A stretch of 64,000 nucleotides of DNA. Source: Escherichia phage D6. Both the position numbers and the translations under genes were made by a program. The notes beneath the pieces are model-generated. The model made no database searches and had not been told where the DNA came from. It saw only the letters and a program-made list of their open reading frames with translations. Shown in pieces: positions 8,942 through 18,200 of this stretch. Each line of letters opens with the position of its first letter. Within the stretch, counting starts at the first letter, position 1. The stretch lies in sequence record NC_050154.1, one strand, 5' to 3'.

Positions 8942-9015
8942 TGCTGGTGGGCGAACAATAACCAATAAGTGACTATCAAGCCCAGCAAGCGAAACGTGGG
9001 TACCGCCCACCAGCA
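8942..9015. repeat. Long-stem hairpin H5 (12-bp perfect inverted repeat, ~50-nt loop)
   Basis: tgctggtgggcg ... cgcccaccagca. Confidence 0.65.
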
Positions 9016-9074
9016 AGGAAAATTCTATGTTAAGTTACCTTCACAATCAATACATTCGAATTGTGATTTTAGAT

Positions 9075-9087
9075 TTCTAACACATTA
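9075..9087 (+). promoter_or_regulatory. Operator-like motif (tttctaacacatt) at the 3' end of the 407-aa gene, facing the ORF-free hairpin region
   Basis: Core matches the dispersed motif; preceded by gtgatttta as at the 54208 site. Confidence 0.4.
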
Positions 9088-10308
9088 TTTCCCGTAAAGA
9101 TCTTCTACACCCCCATTATTCTTATCCCATTCGTTCGCCCATACCCGGCAAGCGTCAATGATTTCCTGACGACGATCTCCTTGCATGAACGGAATGCTTT
9201 CATGGAAACAGCTTGGAATGCAGGCCACACTGAATACAGTATCAAACTCCGTCTGCTTGATTGCCTCCAGCGTCTCCGGACGCATTTTTAATTCATCGAT
9301 TGGCGCATCCTTAGAGTCCATAATCCGGCGATATAAGCACGGAAAATCCGTCTCCAGGTACGCCATAATTTTATCTGCGAGACATTCGTCTATGTCGGTA
9401 TTCCAGTCCTTTTCGAAGCCCGGCAGGCGATAGTAAAGCGGCGTTCCCCATACCGATGGGATCACATCCATCGTTAACAGGCGATTGGTTCTGATTTGTT
9501 GATGGTAATTAGCCGTCAGCAGTGCTTCGCCACGCTGCCCAGTTTCCGCAACCAGGCCGTGCGGATACTCATGGATGTAGGCAATGGCATCCCGCCCATC
9601 ATACATAAGTGGAAATGTCTCTGGTCTTTGTCCCATGCCACAAGCACGGTTCAGATCGTGACCAAGCTGTGAGCACTCTCGCTTTAATGTTTCGATAATG
9701 CTCTGCGCTGTAGCCAACTTTTTACGCAGTGTGACGCCTTCGCCTTGATAATCAATGCATTGCTGATTGAGCTTGGTTAAACGCTCTTTTAGTTCCCGGC
9801 GCTCTCTTTTCAGCGTGCGGTTATCCTTCTCCGCAACATCCAGCCGCTTTGTCAGGCTTGGCGGATAGTCTTTTTTGTAACGGTTCAAATCGGCTTCGGC
9901 AGATTTACGCAGTGTATTTGCCTGTTCAAGACGCGCTTCCAGATTGCCGATCTCATTACGCATATTCGCGGCAAATTGATTAACTGCATCACCCAGGCTT
10001 TCAACTGTCGCTGATACGCCTGTGACTTGTGAAAAACGGATCAAGCCATCATTAACGGCTTGTTGGTATTCCTCAAACTGATCCACCAGCTTATTGTAAT
10101 CAACTGCCCCATCATCAAGCAGCTTGTTGATTTCCGCCACCAGGTTATCTGTAGTGGCAATGACACTCTCGTGCAGTCGCTTTGACAGGTCATCACCAGG
10201 ATTCCGTTTCTGTATAAGAGCGATTTGTGTGCGCAGCGTTTCAATTGCTGTCGAGATAATTTCCAGATTAGAAGTATCAGTGTGTTGACTCATTGCTGTT
10301 CCCGTCAC
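9085..10308 (-). CDS. Hypothetical coiled-coil protein with a C-terminal globular domain carrying an HExxH motif
   Basis: 407 aa; N-terminal ~200 aa heptad-rich; HEYPH in AIAYIHEYPHGLVAE; several conserved-looking Cys; operator-like motif ~15 bp upstream of the start. Confidence 0.4.
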   Translation of the reverse strand: MTGTAMSQHTDTSNLEIISTAIETLRTQIALIQKRNPGDDLSKRLHESVIATTDNLVAEINKLLDDGAVDYNKLVDQFEEYQQAVNDGLIRFSQVTGVSATVESLGDAVNQFAANMRNEIGNLEARLEQANTLRKSAEADLNRYKKDYPPSLTKRLDVAEKDNRTLKRERRELKERLTKLNQQCIDYQGEGVTLRKKLATAQSIIETLKRECSQLGHDLNRACGMGQRPETFPLMYDGRDAIAYIHEYPHGLVAETGQRGEALLTANYHQQIRTNRLLTMDVIPSVWGTPLYYRLPGFEKDWNTDIDECLADKIMAYLETDFPCLYRRIMDSKDAPIDELKMRPETLEAIKQTEFDTVFSVACIPSCFHESIPFMQGDRRQEIIDACRVWANEWDKNNGGVEDLYGK

Positions 10309-10322
10309 TTTGTTAAATTAGT

Positions 10323-10335
10323 TTTCTAACATATT
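10323..10335 (+). promoter_or_regulatory. Operator-like motif (ttttctaacatat) immediately upstream of the 407-aa gene start
   Basis: Core match; lies between the upstream terminator and the start codon. Confidence 0.45.
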
Positions 10336-10375
10336 TTATTAGTTTGATGACGGTATCGGAAGATGCAATAAACAA

Positions 10376-10400
10376 AAAACCCGCTAATTGGCGGGTTTTT
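10376..10400. terminator. Rho-independent terminator (bidirectional)
   Basis: aacccgc-taatt-ggcgggtt followed by TTTTT, flanked by A-run. Confidence 0.6.
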
Positions 10401-10406
10401 ATGCAA

Positions 10407-10721
10407 TTACTGTGTTGCAGCCTGATAAATAAGATACGCGATAAATACAGGTACGATGGCCCATTGCAGCAATGAAAGTAGCCTCATTACTGTTATTGGG
10501 GTAACTCCATCCACGTATTGTTTCTCTGACATTTTCCCTAACCAACTAACCGACAACAGTGCCGAGTTTTCACCCAATTCCAGCTCTCTGAGAGCTTCAC
10601 GGATTAACGGCGCTGTCACAGCCTGAACCGGTGTGCTCAACGTGATACTCCGCGTCCTCCCCGCATCGTCAGCGAACGCCAGACTCACATAATATTTTTT
10701 GCTCAATGTACAAACTCCCAA
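10407..10721 (-). CDS. Hypothetical protein with C-terminal hydrophobic segment
   Basis: 104-aa ORF; C-terminus LLSLLQWAIVPVFIAYLIY is TM-like. Confidence 0.3.
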   Translation of the reverse strand: MGVCTLSKKYYVSLAFADDAGRTRSITLSTPVQAVTAPLIREALRELELGENSALLSVSWLGKMSEKQYVDGVTPITVMRLLSLLQWAIVPVFIAYLIYQAATQ

Positions 10722-10903
10722 TCATCAGCGCTTGCACTTTCCGGGGTTATGTGAACCTTATCGCCAGTAACAATATTGCGAGCTTCAAAACTTCCATTGA
10801 TACGTTTCGAGATCTCAATACATAGAGCCTGCTGCCATGAGCGACGACGAGCGATAGCATTAGTTCCTGCAGGGATAAGTTCTGCCACGTTATGTAAACG
10901 CAA
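10703..10903 (-). CDS. Hypothetical small protein
   Basis: 66-aa ORF overlapping neighbours in operon-like fashion. Confidence 0.25.
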   Translation of the reverse strand: MRLHNVAELIPAGTNAIARRRSWQQALCIEISKRINGSFEARNIVTGDKVHITPESASADDWEFVH

Positions 10904-10917
10904 AACGATTTCTCCGT

Positions 10918-11412
10918 TTAATCAAGACAAACATACTCCGTGATAGCTTTTATGGCTTCAGCGGCACTGCGCGCCTCAAAGCAGTAGTAACCGGCTTCTG
11001 TGAGGCGAGTCATCCAGACGAGTTGTTCGGGAGTCAGGCGATTTCTCCCATGTTTCATCTCAATGCGCATTCCGTGGTATCCCCCACAAGCAAGGTCTAT
11101 AGAAAGATCGGGATATCCCTTCTTTTGGCCCTCTGCCACCATTTTTATTGCCGTCCTTATGCCTCGCAGGCCACCGTTTGGAGTGGCGTGAGTATGCTCA
11201 TACACATAACGCATATTGCGATACATCCAGTCCAGGACGCGAACCTGCTCGTAATGCTCATGGTTCCTTTTGATTAGATCTGGGTTTTTCTCCAGTTCTC
11301 TAAGAGCTGCGGCATGTGGGGATGTTTCAGAATATTCACTGCGACGCCTTCTCTTTCGCGCTATTTTTCTAACACACCCATTGATAGTAAATATGCGAAA
11401 TAATAACAACAA
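10918..11412 (-). CDS. VRR-NUC domain nuclease-like protein (start codon uncertain)
   Basis: GYPDL ... LACGGYHGMRIEMK signature; an operator-like motif sits inside the annotated 5' end, so the true start is probably downstream. Confidence 0.55.
   Translation of the reverse strand: MLLLFRIFTINGCVRKIARKRRRRSEYSETSPHAAALRELEKNPDLIKRNHEHYEQVRVLDWMYRNMRYVYEHTHATPNGGLRGIRTAIKMVAEGQKKGYPDLSIDLACGGYHGMRIEMKHGRNRLTPEQLVWMTRLTEAGYYCFEARSAAEAIKAITEYVCLD
11366..11377 (+). promoter_or_regulatory. Operator-like motif (ttttctaacaca)
   Basis: Exact core match; upstream of the VRR-NUC coding core. Confidence 0.4.
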
Positions 11413-11548
11413 CGTTAGATTTGTAAAACAAGAGAGATACTACTCAAGGATGGTCTATATGCAACAGGTCGGATTTGCTTTTAGAGTAAAGAGCGACCTT
11501 AATCAACAAGGAGGGTAAATCGCATGGCATTTACCCAACCTGTTATTT

Positions 11549-11809
11549 TTAAAGGGTTATTTTATCCTGTTCGGATAATTCTTTGATTGTCTTGTCGATT
11601 GCGATCAACCAACCTTCATAGGTTAAATCATCAACAAGTTCTACCAACTTATCATCGGTGTGAGGAAAGTATATCCAGCTCCAGTTCGCAGGGTTTTCTG
11701 CTTTTCGCAGCGTAAAAACCTTCTTGTATCGGTGGAACTCAAGGATATACCCCTTCGATATGGAATATTCCTTTAGGTCTTCGACCGTAAACCTACGATT
11801 CTTTCGCAT
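11549..11809 (-). CDS. Hypothetical protein
   Basis: 86-aa ORF downstream of darB in the same orientation. Confidence 0.35.
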   Translation of the reverse strand: MRKNRRFTVEDLKEYSISKGYILEFHRYKKVFTLRKAENPANWSWIYFPHTDDKLVELVDDLTYEGWLIAIDKTIKELSEQDKITL

Positions 11810-11811
11810 GG

Positions 11812-12246
11812 CTACCCCATAATTCGATATTTCTCTATAGACTCGTCGTAACTTGTGTACACGTATGGCTCTGTATCATCGGCATAAGGTGCGACTTCCA
11901 GAGCATGAACAGGATTGTATACCGCGTCATTTTCCAGGCGATCGCTCGAATACAGATGCCCAGCCAAAACCGTAAGCGCCGGGCGACTCATTTTGTAGAT
12001 CTCTGCCACATCACTATCTACCACTTGTCCAAATGATATGTCGCCGCGCTCCAGCAATAACGTTTTAAGCGCAGGCCACCACGGCCCATAAAGGTGATAA
12101 AGCTGTGGATCTCGTTTCAGCCTTTCCACCATGCCATTCAGATATGCATCCAGAAACGCCTCTTCACTCCTGCCATTGAGCGCCTGCGGCAAAATGTCCT
12201 CAAGGTAGGATTCCGTCGGTTTTACAGTGTCAATTAATGTCGTCAT
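11812..12246 (-). CDS. Hypothetical protein
   Basis: 144-aa ORF immediately downstream of darB. Confidence 0.4.
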   Translation of the reverse strand: MTTLIDTVKPTESYLEDILPQALNGRSEEAFLDAYLNGMVERLKRDPQLYHLYGPWWPALKTLLLERGDISFGQVVDSDVAEIYKMSRPALTVLAGHLYSSDRLENDAVYNPVHALEVAPYADDTEPYVYTSYDESIEKYRIMG

Positions 12247-12282
12247 TCAAATTCGGCCCCGGTTGGGGCCGCTCCTTATCTG

Positions 12283-15200
12283 TTAGGCCGCATCGGCGAT
12301 TATTTTACGCAGTTCATCTACCGAGTAACGCGTAGATACCATCCATGCAGGACGGTCAAAGTTCACATCAGCAACCGGGTTTGCTTCAAAATTCCAGAAA
12401 CGCCCGCCAATCTTCTTAATCGCGTCTTTGGCGTTCCGTATTGTCGAGGAACCTGGTTGGTCGGCAATGAGATAAACCGCGCCAACGTCCTCGCTGACGC
12501 TCCACCAGCGCCCGCGAACACGCGCCTTAGCGCGAATCGGCTTATCATTAACCACAATGATATAGTCATCATTCGCCGCTTCATCAGCTCTGGCTTCAGC
12601 CACTGCCGCCTGCTCTTCTCTTTTGCTTTCAGCCTGCTCAAGCCTTTCCGCGATCTCTGATTCAGTGGCCCCGCCGTTTTTCAGCGATACATAGTCCTGC
12701 CACGTTGACGATTTGAGCGTATCCGGCAACTCATTCACATAGTCGCCGTCTTTCAACTCACGGGCGCGGCGGGTAGCCATTTCGACCAGGCGATTAACAG
12801 AAACAGCATCAGCAAAATCGTCCTTACTAATGTGTTTTTCATCAAATGCATTGATGACAGCCCCCACCTTAATCCACTGTGCTGCCGGTGATTCCAGGGG
12901 GTTATCAGCCTGAACAATGGCGAGTTTCGCTCCATCTACCCCATTATTCGCCAGCTGTTCCAATGCCGTCCATCCATCTGCATCACTGAGTGATTTATAT
13001 TGCTCAAACAATGCATCGCGCCAGGCCACCAGCGCAGAACGTGTTTTTTCGATCTTCGCCTTAATTTTCGCGATCTTGACCTGATTAAACATCCGTTCAA
13101 TATCATCGATATTGCTAAAGGCTTTCATCCTGCCCTGGAATAAACGGTATGCCAGCACGGTCCTCCAGAATGATTCCAGACCTTCTCCGGACGGTTTGCG
13201 GAACAAGCTAAGAATATCTTCAGAAGTGACTTTATTAAGCGAACGACCTGACAGACCACGCCCAGCCATCCAGTTTTCGAACTCCTGGGTAACATCATCC
13301 ATCGTTGCCTGTGCGCCCCATGCCTGCATTCCCTGGGTGTAATCATACCCATACAATGCCTGGAGGAATCCCTCGCCGTCCACGATATTCAGCGGGTTAT
13401 CACTGGCTTGTATTTTTGCCACTTCACGCTTCAGCGCCTCGTCGTTGCCATCAGGATATATCCATCGCTCAGGTGCTATATCCGATGCTCGCCCGATTTT
13501 TTGGCCTATCACGCCATCATAGGCCGATGACAGCGCGATCTGACCATCATCTGTGCGATATGCCCAGTATTTAATAGCTGACCCACCGCCCCATGCATTA
13601 CCAGGTTTACCAGCAATAACATTCATTACCCCATTGCGAATAGCATCATAGAACTGATCGCGAGTAAGTATTGTTGATAGCTGGTGGCACTGAACACCAC
13701 GCGCAGCCGTTGCGCGCGATTCAGCTACCCCCTCTTCAAAAGTTACCGCTTCAATCACAGAGTCAAACGGCAATGTAACGATTGCCCCCGGTGCTCGAGC
13801 GTAACGACTTGCTCTATCCAGCCAGGCGATACGGCAGAGGTATTGTGCTTTTTCACCGTCAATTTTTTCCACCCGGACAATCGCTGTTGTTTCGCGATCA
13901 TCAATGACTGCACGGTAATAACTACCTTTATGCAACAGGATATTCTTGTCAGTGCGCATATATTCCTGTGGGTTCTGAATAACATCGATACTGATATCCA
14001 GCACACCAGACTTAATAGCGCGCTCCACATCACCACGAGAGCGTTTCATTATGGTATCCGCGTCTTTTGCCCTGGTGATCGCAAACCGCAGCACCCGCGC
14101 ACGTTTTCTGTAGCTACTCAACTGCTCAAGCGCGTATTTTTGCCCATTCCTGTTCGTACCCGCTTTTATCAGGTCGTCAAGATTTCGCTGGTAATACTCT
14201 ATCTGTTCCATCGCGCTTTTCAGTTCTGTCTCCATCATGCCGATATCTTTTCCGGCGGCGTTTGCCGCTTTCAGGTAGATATCGAGAGCATTGTTGGCCT
14301 CGCGCTGTGCTTTCAGTTTCAGACGTTCTTCACGCTCTTGCGCCTGGCGAGCCATGATTGCGCGGCGTTCTTCCGGGTTTGCCGCCAGCATAATGGCGCG
14401 TTCATCAGCATCATCCGCATCACCATTGGCGATCTCTGACATGTCGGAGGTCATCACCATCTTGATCCAGTCTTTCTTACGTTTAAGCGTATCCAGACGG
14501 AAGTCATCGAATGTGCCTTTGCCACAATAGTAGTGAACATTGACCTTTTCTTGCGGTGAACCTACGCGCGCACCGCGCCCATTTCGTTGGTCGATACTGG
14601 CTGGTGTCCAGGGTAGTGTCAGGTGGTGGATATCGGTTGTCCCGATGTGCAGGTTAATACCTACTTCAGCCTTCTTGTTACAGATTATGATGCGCGTGCG
14701 ACCTTCGTTATAGTCGGCGGCAATACCTTCCATGCCCTCAAGGCCAGCATCATTTTTAGCGGAGAGATAATCCTCATATTGGGCAAGTTTGCTGTAGTAG
14801 GTTTCCCATGCCCCTTCTTTGTATTCACCGTTTTTGTTTGGAGTAGGTTCGGTCGGCTTATTCACCTTCTTCAGTTTGATGCCACCAGCCTGGCTAACTG
14901 TCGTCGCATTGATAATGCCAATCTCCTGCTCCGGCATTTGCAGTGCACTGGCGATAATACGGCGCAGCTTCTGGTGCTGGGCTTTTTCATCAATAAAGAC
15001 GATCTGCTTACCGTTCTTCAGACCTTCACGAAGATTTTCGATCAGCGCGGCATACTTCGGCGGGATGGGGTGCGATACCTGCTGCATATCAATGCCGGCA
15101 GCCGCAATGGCCTTCAGTATTTCAGCTTCCAGTTCAATGCTGGCACGTATTTCAACATGCGTCGGATGTTCACTAAAAGCGGTCTTCACTACCTTGCTGG

Positions 15201-18200
15201 TACGCGTACTGACCAGCCCGCCAGCGCCGTCTTCCTCGGCCTCATCAACATCATCTGCCACTTTACCGCCAGCTACTTTTGGCAAGGCATCAGCAATAGC
15301 TTTTACCTGGTCTGCAAGCTCAACGGGGAACTGGAATGTAATCGCACTGGCATACAGATCCGGGTCTATAGCAACCTTATCCATGTCACGGATGATGGAG
15401 AAGATGAAATCATCCGGTTTGTCGTTAGTGATATGCCCGTTTTCATCGACTGTCAGCTCATCATTGCGACTTAACTCCTGAGCACGCTTACGAAGCTCTT
15501 CATAAGCAGTCTCCTGCTCCCCTGTCATCGGGATCTGCAAGGTGTTCTCGATGATGTCGGGAATTTTAACCGTCGCTCCGACATCTGCAGCAGTCTTCAG
15601 AGTGGCCCAACGATGGAAAATACCACGCAGGCCGTCAAGGTTCTGGAAGCCCACCAGCCCCTGCTTCTCTTCCACTTCCCCGGAAATTTTCTGGACCTGA
15701 ACTGTGGCTGTTTTGCCAAACACACGAACGAAATCATCAGGCGTAATGATGCCCATACGCATCCACTCTTCCTGCGGAATGACAGTAGACAGCATGTTGA
15801 AGGCATCAATCGGACTGTTCACCAGCGGTGTTGCCGTCAGCATGACTACACCACGCCCGTTGTTGCGTTTCATCATGTACGCAGCTTTTACAGCCATGTC
15901 GCGGGCCATCTTGGATACTGCCGGGTTAGGCAAATATGCCAGTTGTCCCGCTTCACGCCCGGCATTAAAGGAGTTGCGGTAGTTATGCCCCTCGTCGGCA
16001 ATCACGCTATCGAAGTTCATATCCTCAAAGTACGGGATATTTTGCTTCTTCGTTGTACCGGTATTCGCGGCCTGATCCTTAATCTTGTTCTTCTTCTGCG
16101 CATCACGGTGTTTACCGGACGCCAGGTCAAGACGCCCCATTTCCACAGCATTAAAGACAGCTTGCTGTGAGTTCTCCTCGATGGTTTTTTCTCGTAGCGG
16201 GATAGACGCGAATTGTTCTTTTGTCATGATGACCGTTCGCCAATTTGACGACGGGATCATGTTCATACGCTGAACGATAACGGCGCTGGAGGACTCTTTC
16301 ACAACATTTCTGGTAAGAGGCTGCCCGTTACTGTCGAGGCGTGGTTCGCCATTTTCATCAAGCACCGGCGCGGTCAGAATATTTCCGCTGTCATCACGAA
16401 CTTCATCCAAACCGATAAACATCATATTGGCGAAGGCATCAGCACTGTAGAAACTCTGTGCCTCGTGATACCAGTTCTGATAAACCGCCTTCGGAACAAC
16501 AATACACGTGCGTTTAGTGCGACCTGTTTCGAAGTTATACGCCTCAAGCGCAAGCGCGGTCGTGGTTTTACCCAGCCCGGTACCAAATCCCATGATGCCA
16601 CGCCCATCTTCTGACAAGCGCCGAACTTCTTCATTCTGATAAGTCAGAGGAATGCGCTTTCCACTAATCCCTTCCAGGCCAAGCGGTGCGTCAGAATGTG
16701 TGAACGGAATGAAACCATTGAATGCGTCGTTATAGTCACGGGCTATCTGATCCGCCTGCGGGTGGGTGCGTAACCAGTCGTTAAAGCTAACTTCCAGTTG
16801 AGCAATTTTATCCAGGTACTCGTTAGCGTTCTGCCCACGCGGTTTAACACCGTTCAGGTAGTTTTCTAACTGGTTCAGGAAGCCGTCTTTATTGTTGGCC
16901 TTCTTGAACTCATTCCCGTTTTTGCCGTTTACGGTTCGTAGCTGATAGCCGGTAAATACCCCGTCCTTACCTTCGTAATCGTCCGGAGATACCAGAATGC
17001 CATCGACGACCTTCAGATCAGGTTCAGTGTACTTAAACTCGTCATAGCCCTGCTCTGCCAAGAACTCTTTTATCAAGCGGCGATCCAGCCAGCGGGCATT
17101 CAGATTAACGGTGACTTTATTTAGTGGCGTGAAAATGCGTTTCTCTTCGATTTTCGCCAACTGACGCTCAAAGTTCGCTTTCTGCTCACCTGTTGACGCA
17201 TCACGCCAGCCCACCAGCAGTGCTGTTTTGGTTGCAACATCGCCGCTGGTGGCGCGGTCCATCGGCAGCAGACAGCCATACCCATCAATAGCGATATCAT
17301 CAAATTTCGCCAGGTATTCAAGGACCGCGTCGTCGTCCTCTGGCAGTTCACCAGCAAACGCCTCACGAAAGTCGCCCAGCGTTATAGGATTAAGGGCTAC
17401 ATCACTAAAAAGATGTGCTATCACTTGTTCAGGACGTGTAAAGTCAATACCGGCAGCACCATCCGTTACATCAAGTCGCCCTGCCAGAAGGTCAGAAGTG
17501 GAACCATCCTGTTTCACATTGCCAGTGAACGTCATCCAGTTTTTAGCGCCAGCTTCAGCAAGCCCATTCAGCTTAATGGCGTGCGGTGGTCCATACTTCG
17601 CAACTTCTGCTGCCGCCAGGCGGGATGCATCTGCCAGTTTGTCATCAACGTTCACACCCAGGTTACGCAAATCAAGTGCCTTGTTGATCAACTGACCTAT
17701 CAGCGCACCGCGCATAACGCGCTCCCTGTCTTTTTCTCGCTGCTTGCCAGCAAAGCGAATCATTGCTGCCACTTCATCACTGACAACCGATGGATAGTCG
17801 GACGCGATCGCCGATATCTGGTCCCATGACAAAGCCAGAATCCCGTTTGTTGACTGGAACGCGATCTGCAGATCGCCAAACGTCGAAACACCATATCGAC
17901 TTACATCAAGCGCGGAGGATTTGGTTGTCGTGTCCTTAACCCATTTCAGACCATCAAACTCATGCCAGATACCGCCTACAAGGCGTTTATCGCCCACTTT
18001 CGCGCCCTGCCATGCCTGAGTAGTTACGCCGAGCAAATCCCAATTGATGCGACTATCAAAGCGACGAGATAGCGCGGTTTTCATCGACTCATTGGATACA
18101 CGACCGTCTTTTTTCACCACCAGGGTATTGCGGAAGCTGGTACGTTCCATGTCGCCGTAAACAAATCGCTTCCCTTCGGTTGTAAACCATTTTCCTTTGA

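Noticed and set aside
13684-16273. Several long plus-strand ORFs (up to 283 aa) inside the darB region
   Set aside because: They are antisense to a 2278-aa gene with clear methyltransferase and helicase motifs, have no RBS or domain signals, and are typical shadow ORFs.
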